IMG/VR virus record: IMGVR_UViG_3300020042_004711 | Location: 1-54,857 of that record | Length of the DNA stretch: 54,857 nt | Source: a virus | Taxonomy: Duplodnaviria; Caudoviricetes | Strand: one strand, 5' to 3' | Shown here: positions 33,755-43,762 of the stretch, piece after piece | How the letters are laid out: every line of letters begins with the position of its first letter | Numbering within the stretch: the first letter of the stretch is position 1 | Made by a program: the position numbers and the translations under genes | The notes under the pieces: model-generated | The model's input: the letters and a program-made list of their open reading frames with translations, nothing else | Databases searched by the model: none | Told to the model about the DNA's origin: nothing

Positions 33755-36205
33755 ATGGCTACTAATATTGATAAAGCTCTGTATTCTTTGATCCCCGGAA
33801 TGGATGATCAAAGTATGGTTCCAGAAGACGCAATTGAGATTGAGGTCGAGGACCCAGAATCTATGAGTATTAGCATGGGCGGTATAGAAATTGACTTATC
33901 ACCTGACAGCAAAAAAGCAAGTGAAAAGTTTGATGCCAACCTTGCAGAAGATATGGACGAGGGTGAGCTGGGTAAGCTTGCGTCTGAGTTGATGGGATTA
34001 GTAGATGCGGATATTGCCAGTCGCAAAGATTGGACAGATGCGTACGTTAAAGGTCTTGAAGTTTTGGGGATGAAGTATGAAGAACGAACTGAGCCCTGGA
34101 ACGGTGCTTGCGGTGTATTCTCAACTGTTCTCACCGAGGCGGCTATACGGTTCCAGAGTGAGACTATTACTGAGACGTTCCCTGCTGCGGGACCGGTCAA
34201 AACGGAGATTATTGGAGCGATTGATCGTCTTAAAGAGGAGGCTGCGGAGCGCGTAAAAGATGATATGAATTACCGCTTGACTGAGGAGATGCCTGAGTAT
34301 CGTCCCGAGCATGAGCGCATGTTGTTTAACCTAGGTCTCGCGGGCGCGGCCTTCAAGAAAGTTTATTACGATCCGGGCCTTAAAAGGCAGACTGCGATCT
34401 TCTTGCCTGCTGAAGATGTGATCATCCCTTATGGGTCGTCGGGCGCACGTACCGCTGAGCGCGTCACACACTTAATGCGTAAGACAAAAAACGACATTAA
34501 GAAGCTGCAAGTTGCAGGTTTCTACCGTGATGTTGACATGGGTGATCCGGTTAGCATTTATAACGATGTTGAGAAGAAAAAAGCCGAAGAGCAGGGCTAC
34601 TCTATAACAGATGATGACCGCTATCAATTAGCGGAAATTCAAGTAGATTATGTGATGCCGGGTGATGAGACCGAAGACGAGATTGCAGTTCCTTACATTA
34701 TTACCATTGATCGCGGCACAGACGAAGTTCTTGCCATTTACAGAAACTGGAATGAAGATGATTCAACATATGCGAAGCGTCAGCACTTGGTTCAGTACGA
34801 TTATATCCCGGGCTTTGGTGCTTATGGTATGGGTCTTATCCATATCATCGGCGGCTATGCTCGCGCTGGCACTTCTCTTATTAGGCAACTCGTTGACGCG
34901 GGTACTCTAGCTAATCTGCCGGGTGGCTTGAAGTCTCGGGGTTTGCGTGTTAAGGGTGACGATACACCGATTGCACCGGGCGAGTTCCGCGACGTAGATA
35001 TCCCAAGCGGGTCTATCAAAGACAACATCATGACGCTCCCGTACAAGGAGCCGTCGCAGGTGTTGCTGGCGCTACTGAATCAGATTACCGAAGAAGGTAG
35101 ACGACTGGGCTCTATTGCTGACATGAAGATGTCGGACATGAGCGCACAGGCTCCCGTGGGTACAACACTTGCGCTGCTTGAAAGACAACTCAAGATTATG
35201 GGTGCAGTCCAAGCCCGCGTGCACAACTCGATGAAAGAGGAGTTCAAACTTCTCAAGAGCATCATCAGAGACAACATGCCCGAGGACTATGATTACGAAC
35301 CCGCTGGTGGAGATCGCACAGCCAAGCGCGAAGACTACGACATCGTTGAAGTGATACCGGTAAGTGATCCCAACAGCTCAACAATGGCTCAGCGCATCAT
35401 GCAGTATCAAGCTGTGATGCAGCTTGCGCAGCAGGCCCCGCAGATTTACAACTTGCCTGTTCTACATAGACAGATGATTGAGGTGCTGGGTGTAAAGAAC
35501 GCCGATAAGCTTGTGCCGGTTGATGATGATCAGAAGCCCAGAGACCCAATCAGCGAGAACATGGCGTTCCTCAATGGCGAGCCAACGAAGGCGTTCATCT
35601 ACCAAGATCACGATGCGCACATTGCGGTGCACTCGACGTTTATGCAGGACCCCATGATTGCACAGCAGATGGGACAGAACCCCATGGCGCAGCAGATGAT
35701 GGGCGCGATTCAGGCGCATATTGCAGAACACTTAGCCTATCTGTATCGCAAGAAAATTGAAGAGCAGTTGGGTGTAGCACTGCCCGCTCCGAACGAAGAG
35801 TTACCTGAAGAGACTGAAGTGCAGTTGTCTCAACTTGTTGCGCAAGCGTCCGCTCAGCTCTTGCAGCAGAACATGTCTATAGCTCAGCAACAGAAAGCTC
35901 AGCAGTTGCAGCAAGACCCGCTGATTCAGATGCAGCAAGCGGAGCTCCAGATCAAGGCGCAAGATGCTCAGACCCGTGCGCAGAAGACTCAGGCCGATAT
36001 TCAGTTGGCGCAGGAGAAACTCAAGCTGGATGCACAGCGCATGCAGATCGATATGCAGAAGGAGCAGCAACGTGTGGCCTCGCAAGAACGTCAGAGCACG
36101 GAACGGGTATCTGCACAGGACCGTCAGGTTGCGCATAAGCTCAAGGTTGACCTCGTCAAGACCATGAACAAACCAACATCTACACCGAAAGGGCCGGTAA
36201 GGTAA
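33755..36205 (+). CDS. Portal protein (P22-like, long Gln-rich C-terminal coiled coil)
   Basis: Follows terL; 816 aa; GAAFKKVYYD segment; Gln-rich tail. Confidence 0.85.
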   Translation: MATNIDKALYSLIPGMDDQSMVPEDAIEIEVEDPESMSISMGGIEIDLSPDSKKASEKFDANLAEDMDEGELGKLASELMGLVDADIASRKDWTDAYVKGLEVLGMKYEERTEPWNGACGVFSTVLTEAAIRFQSETITETFPAAGPVKTEIIGAIDRLKEEAAERVKDDMNYRLTEEMPEYRPEHERMLFNLGLAGAAFKKVYYDPGLKRQTAIFLPAEDVIIPYGSSGARTAERVTHLMRKTKNDIKKLQVAGFYRDVDMGDPVSIYNDVEKKKAEEQGYSITDDDRYQLAEIQVDYVMPGDETEDEIAVPYIITIDRGTDEVLAIYRNWNEDDSTYAKRQHLVQYDYIPGFGAYGMGLIHIIGGYARAGTSLIRQLVDAGTLANLPGGLKSRGLRVKGDDTPIAPGEFRDVDIPSGSIKDNIMTLPYKEPSQVLLALLNQITEEGRRLGSIADMKMSDMSAQAPVGTTLALLERQLKIMGAVQARVHNSMKEEFKLLKSIIRDNMPEDYDYEPAGGDRTAKREDYDIVEVIPVSDPNSSTMAQRIMQYQAVMQLAQQAPQIYNLPVLHRQMIEVLGVKNADKLVPVDDDQKPRDPISENMAFLNGEPTKAFIYQDHDAHIAVHSTFMQDPMIAQQMGQNPMAQQMMGAIQAHIAEHLAYLYRKKIEEQLGVALPAPNEELPEETEVQLSQLVAQASAQLLQQNMSIAQQQKAQQLQQDPLIQMQQAELQIKAQDAQTRAQKTQADIQLAQEKLKLDAQRMQIDMQKEQQRVASQERQSTERVSAQDRQVAHKLKVDLVKTMNKPTSTPKGPVR

Positions 36206-37330
36206 ATGATCACTATATTTAGCCCCGAGGAACGCGCTTCGCTTACCGCAGCGTTTGATGCTGTAGAAGATAAGAACGAAGAGAAAGAAGTTTTCTACAA
36301 GAATAGCAAGGGAGTTTATAACTTACCTGCTTCGTTGGCGTACGTTGATCGCATAACCAAACGAGTACAGCAAAGATACCCCGGGGCAAAGTTTGCCAAC
36401 TCTTACACACGCGTGTACAAACGCCACAGTCATCTAGCCATACACACAGATCGACAGGAGTTAGATATTTCGATGAGCGTGTGCATCGAGGATAAGAATA
36501 ATCTTGAGTGGCCGTTGTGCATTAGTACTGGCACATATAGTGGCAAAGAATGGGATAACTCTGCGGATCCTGCGCACTTTAAAGAAGATTACCTAGGCGT
36601 GGTGCTGCCGCTGGGTCAGGGCGCACTTATGGAGGGGCGCAAACACCCTCATTGGCGGGATGAGCTGCTCTGCGGAGAAGCGCAAAGAGCAGTGTATGTG
36701 TTCTATCACTGGACTTTAGAGGTCGAAGAAAAAGATAAATCCAAGGTGTTATTTAAGAGTAGTAGCCCAGAAGCTACAGTTTTTGGGAATTTCTTAAATG
36801 AAAAAGAGTGCGCCGAAATTATTGCGCAGGCTAGTACAAAGCTCTCTGCGTCACAAGTAGTGGAGAGTAACACCGGAGAGTCTGTTCCTCATGAAAACAG
36901 AACAAGCTGGGGAGCGTCTTTTAACAGGGGAGAAACACCCCTAATAAGCGAAATTGAACGCAGGATTGCAAAAATCACGGGAATACCGGTCGAAAACGGG
37001 GAGGGAATCCAGGTTTTGCGATACGAATTAGGGCAAGAGTACAAGCCTCACTATGACTATTTTCCTGACGATCAGCCCGGTTCAAGTGTCCATACGGCAC
37101 GCGGTGGCCAGCGTATAGCGACAATTCTTATGTATCTCAGTACTCCTGAAGAGGGCGGCGCAACTATATTTCCCGACGCGGATATGGAAGTTGCGGCTGT
37201 AGAGGGCAACGCGTTGTTGTTTAGATACAACACCCCCACGCAGGATACTAAAACTTTGCACGGCGGCGCTCCTGCCAAAAAAGGCGTCAAATGGGTGGCC
37301 ACTAAATGGCTACGGGTAAACACCTACTAA
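36206..37330 (+). CDS. Tandem 2OG-Fe(II) oxygenase; C-terminal domain prolyl-4-hydroxylase-like
   Basis: Domain 1: HTD...HWR; domain 2: RTS, EGIQVLRY, HYD, GQRIAT, GGATIFP, HGG, KWVATKW. Confidence 0.85.
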   Translation: MITIFSPEERASLTAAFDAVEDKNEEKEVFYKNSKGVYNLPASLAYVDRITKRVQQRYPGAKFANSYTRVYKRHSHLAIHTDRQELDISMSVCIEDKNNLEWPLCISTGTYSGKEWDNSADPAHFKEDYLGVVLPLGQGALMEGRKHPHWRDELLCGEAQRAVYVFYHWTLEVEEKDKSKVLFKSSSPEATVFGNFLNEKECAEIIAQASTKLSASQVVESNTGESVPHENRTSWGASFNRGETPLISEIERRIAKITGIPVENGEGIQVLRYELGQEYKPHYDYFPDDQPGSSVHTARGGQRIATILMYLSTPEEGGATIFPDADMEVAAVEGNALLFRYNTPTQDTKTLHGGAPAKKGVKWVATKWLRVNTY

Positions 37331-37338
37331 GGACTGAT

Positions 37339-37530
37339 ATGACAGAAGCAGATGTACTAAAAAAACAGAACGACGAGTTTCGCCAGCAGGCGATTAACAA
37401 ACTGATATCCGGGGCAGCTAAAGACTATCCTGAATACAGAGAATTGGTTGGTGTTATTAGGGGTCTTGACCATGCCAATTACAACCTTCAAGACCTCAAA
37501 CAACGTATGGAAAGATTAAATGATGAGTGA
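37339..37530 (+). CDS. Hypothetical head-region protein
   Basis: AAGGA RBS; DYPEYRELVGVIRGL. Confidence 0.65.
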   Translation: MTEADVLKKQNDEFRQQAINKLISGAAKDYPEYRELVGVIRGLDHANYNLQDLKQRMERLNDE

Positions 37531-37927
37531 AATCCTAGTAAGCCAAGACGGTGCCACAGCCACTGTACTTCCCGCGACGGCTGAAGAGAAAGCAAAACAG
37601 GTTCCTGATCCTGTTACTTTTCACATTCTTTGTATGCTCCCTAAAGCAGCAGAAGAATTTACCGAAACCGGTATTCTTAAGTCAGCAACTGCCATGTATC
37701 ACGAGGAGCTCCTCTCCCCTGTGTTATTCGTTGCAAAGCTTGGACCCGACTCGTTTAAAGATGAAAAGCGTTTTCCTTCTGGACCTTCATGCCAAGTTGG
37801 GGATTTCATTATCACCCGCCCAAATACTGGTACCCGTATGAAAATACACGGTACAGAATGGCGTTTGATTAGTGACGACTCGATTGAAGCTGTTGTGCAA
37901 GACCCTCGCGGTATTCAACGTCCATAA
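37520..37927 (+). CDS. GroES/Cpn10-like co-chaperonin
   Basis: TETGIL mobile-loop-like segment, VAKLGP, VGDFII, RLISDDSIEAVV. Confidence 0.7.
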   Translation: MMSEILVSQDGATATVLPATAEEKAKQVPDPVTFHILCMLPKAAEEFTETGILKSATAMYHEELLSPVLFVAKLGPDSFKDEKRFPSGPSCQVGDFIITRPNTGTRMKIHGTEWRLISDDSIEAVVQDPRGIQRP

Positions 37928-37936
37928 GGAGAAATC

Positions 37937-38902
37937 ATGGCCACATTTGAAAAAACTGAGTTTACATTCCCAGATGAGAAGGAAGAGGCTGAGAAAAATG
38001 CAAACCAGCTTCTAAAAGACGACGATATCGAGATTGAAATTGTCGACAACACGCCTCCATCAGACCGCAATCGCGCTCCCTTGGATACTCCCCCCGAAGA
38101 GGTTACAGACGAAGAACTTGATAAATACACTGATGTCAAGCTCAAAGAACGTCTAGCCAAACTGGGTAAGGGGTATCACGACGAACGCCGCGCCAAAGAA
38201 GCCGCCTTCCGGGAAAAGGAAGAGGCTATCCGCATGACGCAGTCGGTTGTTGAGGAGAACAAGAAGCTAAAAGGTTCGCTAAACACGAACCAAGAAGTTC
38301 TCTTGGAGCAGGCGAAAAAAGTTGTAGCCAATGACCTCGACAAAGCCAAAATCAGATACAAGGCGGCGTATGAGTCAGGAGACTCCGAGGCCATGGTTGA
38401 GGCGCAGGAAGAGCTAACCGTAGCCCGGATGAAAGTCGAGCGCGTAAATAGTTTTAAGCCTACCCCTTTACAAGAGGAAAAAAATGAGGTACAAAACACA
38501 CAATTCACGCAAGCACCCCCTGTGGACCGCAAAGCCGAGGCTTGGAAAGATTCCAATCCGTGGTTTGGCAAAGATAGGGAAATGACCGGTTATGCGTTTG
38601 CGTTGCATGAAAAACTGGTCGTAGAGGATGGCATTGATCCTAGTTCGGATGAGTATTACCGGAAACTCAACGGACGGATTCGCCAAGTGTTTCCAGAGAA
38701 GTTTAACTCTGGGGATTCCGCTGATGCACAAACATCTCAGCGCTCAAGTAAATCAAACGTAGTTGCACCTGCGACGAGAAGTACTGCACCACGAAAAATC
38801 GTACTTTCACCGGACCAAGTGCGCATGGCAAATAGGCTTGGAGTCCCATTAAAACTCTATGCCGAGAAAGTTGCTGAACAAGAGAGGAATAAAAATGGCT
38901 GA
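37937..38902 (+). CDS. Putative scaffolding protein
   Basis: Acidic N-terminus, coiled coil, NPWFG; upstream of the capsid gene. Confidence 0.65.
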   Translation: MATFEKTEFTFPDEKEEAEKNANQLLKDDDIEIEIVDNTPPSDRNRAPLDTPPEEVTDEELDKYTDVKLKERLAKLGKGYHDERRAKEAAFREKEEAIRMTQSVVEENKKLKGSLNTNQEVLLEQAKKVVANDLDKAKIRYKAAYESGDSEAMVEAQEELTVARMKVERVNSFKPTPLQEEKNEVQNTQFTQAPPVDRKAEAWKDSNPWFGKDREMTGYAFALHEKLVVEDGIDPSSDEYYRKLNGRIRQVFPEKFNSGDSADAQTSQRSSKSNVVAPATRSTAPRKIVLSPDQVRMANRLGVPLKLYAEKVAEQERNKNG

Positions 38903-39362
38903 ACAAAATCGAATGAACCGCGCTTTAGAGACTCGTGAAAAAGAAGCAAGACCCGTTGCAAAGTGGGCTCCTGCCGAATTACTCCCGCACGTTGATGAAG
39001 AACCCGGTTATGCAATGAGATGGATTCGCACCAGTATGGGTGGTGTAGGTGACGCCAAAAATATTTCTGCAAAACTCCGCGAAGGATGGGAGCCCGTAAA
39101 GGCTTCACAACACCCTGAAGCGCAAACTTATATCGATCCTAATTCTCGATTTAAAGATGCGATTGAAATTGGTGGACTTATTCTTTGCAAAACACCGGCT
39201 GAGTTTATTGACCAACGCGCTGCGTACTACCGTAATTTGGCTGAATCGCAGATGCAATCAGTAGACAACAGCTTCATGCGCGAAAACGACGCCCGGATGC
39301 CCCTGTTTAGCGATAAACGCACAACAGTGACTAAAGGTGCCGGTTTCGGTTCTGGATCTTAA
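38895..39362 (+). CDS. Head-region protein
   Basis: RWIR...REGWEPV...GGLILCK; start MAEQNR after a GAGG RBS. Confidence 0.7.
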   Translation: MAEQNRMNRALETREKEARPVAKWAPAELLPHVDEEPGYAMRWIRTSMGGVGDAKNISAKLREGWEPVKASQHPEAQTYIDPNSRFKDAIEIGGLILCKTPAEFIDQRAAYYRNLAESQMQSVDNSFMRENDARMPLFSDKRTTVTKGAGFGSGS

Positions 39363-39378
39363 TTTTTAGGAGTCTTAA

Positions 39379-39981
39379 ATGGCACTAACAGCAGCACCCT
39401 ATGGGCTACGTCCCATCAATCGTATCGACGGCATGCCCTATGCTGGCGCTACGAGTCAGTTCTTAATCGACCCTGCTGGCGAAGGTACTAACTTGTTTTA
39501 TGGACAAGTTGTTATCATCGGCGCTGACGGTTATATTGCTCTGTCTACCGCTACCGGCGCAGACATCACTACCAATAACCTTGGTGGTTCTGGCGTAGGT
39601 GCAATCGGCGTTTTCGTCGGCGCATCCTATATCAACGCACAAGGTCAACAGATTTACGGTCAGTACTATCCCTCCGGCACAACCGGCGTGGTAACTGCAT
39701 ACGTAATTACTGACCCGTTTGTTACTTTTCAAGCACAGCTAGATGGTTCTGGCGCTCAAACAGTTTTGGGCACTAACACCTTCTTTGCCGCTGTACAGAG
39801 CACTAGCACTGGTTCAACCCAGACTGGTAACTCGACCAGTGCTTTGGAGTCTACCGTGCAGACAACTGCGGCGGCCTTTCGAATTGTGGGTTTTGCTTCC
39901 ACTCCCGGCGATGCGTTTACTGATGTGTTGGTTAAGTTCAACCCCAGTGCCCATTCGTTCTTAAACAACGTTGGCCTGTAA
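39379..39981 (+). CDS. Putative capsid decoration/cement protein
   Basis: APYGLRP N-terminus; Gly/Ala/Thr-rich; directly before the major capsid gene. Confidence 0.6.
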   Translation: MALTAAPYGLRPINRIDGMPYAGATSQFLIDPAGEGTNLFYGQVVIIGADGYIALSTATGADITTNNLGGSGVGAIGVFVGASYINAQGQQIYGQYYPSGTTGVVTAYVITDPFVTFQAQLDGSGAQTVLGTNTFFAAVQSTSTGSTQTGNSTSALESTVQTTAAAFRIVGFASTPGDAFTDVLVKFNPSAHSFLNNVGL

Positions 39982-39991
39982 GGAGTAAATC

Positions 39992-40900
39992 ATGGCAATT
40001 TCACGCGCACAACTACTTAAAGAACTTCTTCCCGGCTTAAACGCTTTGTTTGGTCTGGAGTACGCTAAATATGGTGAAGAACATAAAGAGATTTATGAAA
40101 CCGAAACCTCTGAGCGTTCTTTTGAAGAAGAGACAAAACTGTCAGGCTTTGCTGCTGCACCAGTCAAAAACGAGGGTTCATCCATCGCTTATGACAATGC
40201 ACAAGAAGCATTTACTGCACGTTACACTCACGAAACCATTGCGATGGGCTTTGCCATCACAGAGGAAGCCGTTGAAGATAACTTGTATGACAGCTTGTCT
40301 TCACGCTACACCAAGGCTTTGGCCCGTGGTATGGCTTACACCAAGCAGGTCAAAGCCGCTTTTGTGTTGAACAACGCCTTTACAGGTGGCCCAACATACG
40401 GCGACGGCGTTACTTTGTGTAACACTGCTCACCCATTGGTTTCTGGTGGTACTAACAGTAACACTCCATCTACTGCTTCCGATTTGAACGAGACTTCTCT
40501 TGAGAATGCCGTTATTCAAATCGCTGCTTGGACAGATGAGCGTAGCTTGTTGATCGCCGCTAAGCCTAAGAAGTTGGTTATTCCACCTGCTCTGCAATTC
40601 GTTGCTACTCGTTTGCTTGAAACCGAACTCCGTGTTTCTACAGCCGACAATGACATCAACGCTTTGAAGAACAATGGTTCTATCCCTGAAGGCTACTGCA
40701 TTAACCACTATTTGACAGACACCAATGCTTGGTTCCTGTTGACTGATGTGCCTAATGGTTTGAAGCACTTTGTTCGCACCCCTATGTCTACTGGCATGGA
40801 CGGTGACTTTGACACAGGTAACGTTCGTTACAAAGCCCGTGAGCGTTACAGCTTCGGCGTGTCAGATCCATTGGGTATCTTCGGTTCACCCGGCGCTTAA
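39992..40900 (+). CDS. Major capsid protein
   Basis: MAISRAQLLKELLPGLNALFG N-terminus; strong AAGGAG RBS; followed by a terminator. Confidence 0.88.
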   Translation: MAISRAQLLKELLPGLNALFGLEYAKYGEEHKEIYETETSERSFEEETKLSGFAAAPVKNEGSSIAYDNAQEAFTARYTHETIAMGFAITEEAVEDNLYDSLSSRYTKALARGMAYTKQVKAAFVLNNAFTGGPTYGDGVTLCNTAHPLVSGGTNSNTPSTASDLNETSLENAVIQIAAWTDERSLLIAAKPKKLVIPPALQFVATRLLETELRVSTADNDINALKNNGSIPEGYCINHYLTDTNAWFLLTDVPNGLKHFVRTPMSTGMDGDFDTGNVRYKARERYSFGVSDPLGIFGSPGA

Positions 40901-40923
40901 TATTTCTTAGGAAATATTTAGAG

Positions 40924-40950
40924 AAGGGGGCTTGTGCCCCCTTTTCTTTT
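40924..40950 (+). terminator. Terminator after the major capsid gene
   Basis: AAGGGGGC-TTGT-GCCCCCTT followed by TTCTTTT. Confidence 0.8.
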
Positions 40951-41049
40951 GTTGTATATTATTTCCAATCCGGGCTTTCCGGTGTATCAAACTGTCCCGG
41001 CAGACAACATACTGATTGATACACCTAACTTGTATGTAAGGAATACATC

Positions 41050-41598
41050 ATGGCACGTACTACGTTTCAAGGCCCAGTTCGTTCATTGGGCGGCATTTAT
41101 CAACAAGGCCCAGCGACTGTGGTTGACATCACAGCAAGCACTACATTAAGCCCCGAAGCTCATGGTGGTCGCATCATCGCTGTTGGCGGTTCTTTGGCAG
41201 CGGCAGTCACTTTGACATTGCCAGCAATCAACGTTTCAACTAACTCTACAACATCTGGCCCCGGTCAAGACCCAAGTACAGTTAACAACGAAGGCGTTGT
41301 TTACACAATCTGGGTTCCTACTACTATCTCTACAAGCTCTTTGAAGATTGGTACAACTTCCGGTTCTAGCGATTTGTATGTTGGCGCTGTGATCTCTATT
41401 GATTCAGACTCATCTGGCGCTGTGGTTGCTTTCTCTGCTAATGGCTCTTCTAATGACTTCATCAACTTGAACGGTACAACTACCGGCGGTGTTGCTGGAA
41501 CATGGGTTCAAATTGTAGCGATTGCTGCTGACAAGTACATGGTGACTGGAAACGTTATTGGTTCCGGCACTGTTGCTACACCATTTGCAGATTCCTAA
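41050..41598 (+). CDS. Virion structural protein
   Basis: MARTTFQGPVRS; Thr/Gly/Ser-rich beta protein. Confidence 0.65.
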   Translation: MARTTFQGPVRSLGGIYQQGPATVVDITASTTLSPEAHGGRIIAVGGSLAAAVTLTLPAINVSTNSTTSGPGQDPSTVNNEGVVYTIWVPTTISTSSLKIGTTSGSSDLYVGAVISIDSDSSGAVVAFSANGSSNDFINLNGTTTGGVAGTWVQIVAIAADKYMVTGNVIGSGTVATPFADS

Positions 41599-41606
41599 TC
41601 AACCCA

Positions 41607-41627
41607 AGGGGCTTCGGCCCCATTTTT
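41607..41627 (+). terminator. Terminator
   Basis: GGGGC-TTCG-GCCCC followed by ATTTTT. Confidence 0.75.
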
Positions 41628-41641
41628 AAAGGAGATTGATT

Positions 41642-41929
41642 ATGATGCAATATGACGTAAAGTCGCTTCTTGTAGCGGCTTCGCAAACGGATACTATTGT
41701 TGGCGGCGCAAATCGTAATAGGTTAAAAGCCCTCACAATTTCATATGCGGCTACTGGTGGAACTGTTGTTGTCAAAGACGGCGCGGCAGGGACTACGATA
41801 TTTTCGTTTCCCGCCCCCACAGCAATTGGAACAATACACATCCTAATACCCGGAGAAGGTATTTTGGCTAGAACTAGCTTGGCAGTCACCACAGGTGCTG
41901 GTGCTTCTGTGATTGTGTATTATGGCTAA
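41642..41929 (+). CDS. Small virion structural protein
   Basis: AAGGAG RBS; MMQYDVKS...IPGEGIL...VYYG. Confidence 0.65.
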   Translation: MMQYDVKSLLVAASQTDTIVGGANRNRLKALTISYAATGGTVVVKDGAAGTTIFSFPAPTAIGTIHILIPGEGILARTSLAVTTGAGASVIVYYG

Positions 41930-42167
41930 GTCACCAGCATGGCAGAGGAAAGAGGGCAAATCCGAGAAGGGCGGCTTGAACGCCAAGGGTCGGGCCTCCG
42001 CGAAAGCGCAAGGTATGAACTTGAAACCTCCCCAGCCGGAAGGCGGCTCTCGCAAAGACTCATTCTGTGCAAGGATGGGCGGCATGAAGAAGAAACTAAC
42101 GAGCGCCAAGACAGCCAACGATCCGGATTCACGGATCAACAAAGCTCTTAGAGCATGGAATTGTTAA
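41922..42167 (+). CDS. Small basic protein (DUF6321-like)
   Basis: SPAWQRKEGK...GGLNAKGRAS...SFCARM...ALRAWNC. Confidence 0.7.
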   Translation: MAKSPAWQRKEGKSEKGGLNAKGRASAKAQGMNLKPPQPEGGSRKDSFCARMGGMKKKLTSAKTANDPDSRINKALRAWNC

Positions 42168-42168
42168 C

Positions 42169-42363
42169 ATGACTCAACACGACACAGCTAAAGTAGTTGC
42201 AGATGGCGCAGCGGTTTTGACAACCGTTGGAGTTATGTCTACGTGGCTTCCACCTCTGGCTTCTCTGTTCACGATTATTTACCTCGGCCTTCGTATTTGG
42301 GAGTCTGATACTGTTCGTGAAATGACTAAACGCAAGAAGGCAGATGATGCCATCGACGAGTAA
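42169..42363 (+). CDS. Small membrane protein
   Basis: Hydrophobic segments followed by a basic tail. Confidence 0.6.
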   Translation: MTQHDTAKVVADGAAVLTTVGVMSTWLPPLASLFTIIYLGLRIWESDTVREMTKRKKADDAIDE

Positions 42364-43009
42364 GAAACAACACAATTTCATGGCGGCGGTGGCTAACAAC
42401 CCAGCGTTTGCTAAGAAAGCAGGCGTCCCACAGTCTGTGGGTAAAGAGTTTAATGAGGCCGACAAAGGCCGTAAATTTTCTAAAGGTGGTGACATTATGG
42501 CTACAAAAGATTCTAGATTTGATGATGATGTAAAAAACGTCAAAAGCAATCTTTACATGCAAAAAGACGACGACAAAGTTTATAGCAAAGTACGTGGCTT
42601 AGGCCCCGGTATGGCTGCTAGACGTTTAGAAGGTCGTGGCGTCGATACAAAAGGTTTGGCTGGTAATCGCGCAAACGAAGATGATCGTGGCGACTTTAAA
42701 AAAGGTGGCAAAGTGAAAAAGATGAATATGGGCGGATACGCAGAGGGTGGCATGCCCATGAAAATGAAAGACGGCAAAAAAGTGCCCGCTTTCCTGAACA
42801 AAGGCGGTATGGCTAAAGGCAAAATGCCCGCAGCATTGGCTAAACACGCCTCTATGAAAGCATCTAAAGCGCATGCAGGTTTAAAGAGCGGCGGTATGAC
42901 TTCATCTAAAATGGGCTCGGTTAAATCTTCTTCTAGCCGTGATGGTGTTGCTACTAAAGGCAAAACCAAAGGCGCAATGATTGCCATGAAACGTGGCGGG
43001 AAGTGCTAA
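42344..43009 (+). CDS. Lys/Gly/Met-rich basic protein with xxGG repeats and a DGxAxKGKT tail
   Basis: MPSTSKKQHNFMAAVA...RDGVATKGKTKG. Confidence 0.7.
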   Translation: MMPSTSKKQHNFMAAVANNPAFAKKAGVPQSVGKEFNEADKGRKFSKGGDIMATKDSRFDDDVKNVKSNLYMQKDDDKVYSKVRGLGPGMAARRLEGRGVDTKGLAGNRANEDDRGDFKKGGKVKKMNMGGYAEGGMPMKMKDGKKVPAFLNKGGMAKGKMPAALAKHASMKASKAHAGLKSGGMTSSKMGSVKSSSSRDGVATKGKTKGAMIAMKRGGKC

Positions 43010-43012
43010 GCC

Positions 43013-43300
43013 ATGAAAAAATACGCTGAAGGCGGCGATGTTTACACTGCTGAAATGGGGCAACCCCCCATGGATCCAGAAGGCGCGCCAGCTACAAAAA
43101 AAGCTGCGCCTAAACCCGCGCCTAAGCCAACGGCTAAGAAGACTGCGCCTCCAAAAGACACAGTGTTCCGCGAAGGTATGCCAGTTCCACAAGATGTAGA
43201 TGGTGGATCTGCCCCCCGTAAGAAAAAGATGGCCAATGGTGGCGTCACTCGTGCAGACGGTATAGCTCAGCGTGGTAAGACACGCGGAAAACTTTGTTAA
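43013..43300 (+). CDS. Basic protein with a DGIAQRGKTRGK tail
   Basis: YAEGG, MANGG and the shared C-terminal motif. Confidence 0.7.
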   Translation: MKKYAEGGDVYTAEMGQPPMDPEGAPATKKAAPKPAPKPTAKKTAPPKDTVFREGMPVPQDVDGGSAPRKKKMANGGVTRADGIAQRGKTRGKLC

Positions 43301-43319
43301 ACTTTGTTGAGGAAATAAT

Positions 43320-43760
43320 ATGTCATCCCCCAAAAAAAATGCTACCCCCGCACAAATGGCCGGGCTTGCCAAACTTAATCAAAAGTTGTATGGGACAAAG
43401 CGTCCAGAGCCAACGCGTCCAACGCCACCAATGGAGCCAACGCGTCCAACGCGTCCAACGCCCCCAAAGCCAGAGCCAGAGCGCCCAAGGCCACCAATGG
43501 AGCCAACGCGTCCAGAGCCAAAGCGCCCAACGCCCCCAAAGCCAGAGCGTCCATTACCCCCTAGAGAGCCTGTAGGCACTCAAATGAATGCGCCATTACC
43601 CCCTAGAGAGCCCGTAGGTACTCAAATGAATGCGCCGTTACGCCCAACAGGTAAACCATCTAACCGCATGGAATACAAAAAAGGCGGTTCTGTTTCTTCA
43701 GCCTCTAAGCGTGCGGATGGTATTGCTACAAAAGGTAAAACACGCGGAAAGTATATCTAA
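43320..43760 (+). CDS. Proline-rich repeat protein with a DGIATKGKTRGK tail
   Basis: PTRP/PEP repeats; GAGG RBS. Confidence 0.7.
   Translation: MSSPKKNATPAQMAGLAKLNQKLYGTKRPEPTRPTPPMEPTRPTRPTPPKPEPERPRPPMEPTRPEPKRPTPPKPERPLPPREPVGTQMNAPLPPREPVGTQMNAPLRPTGKPSNRMEYKKGGSVSSASKRADGIATKGKTRGKYI
43551..43634 (+). repeat. 42-bp tandem duplication (PLPPREPVGTQMNA x2)
   Basis: Two adjacent near-identical 42-bp units differing only at synonymous positions. Confidence 0.85.
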
Positions 43761-43762
43761 TC

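Noticed and set aside
30460-38050. TTGTCGACAA palindromes at ~30460 and ~38040
   Set aside because: Different geometry (no 3-nt centre, no GGA/TCC flanks) and they lie in ordinary IVD codons
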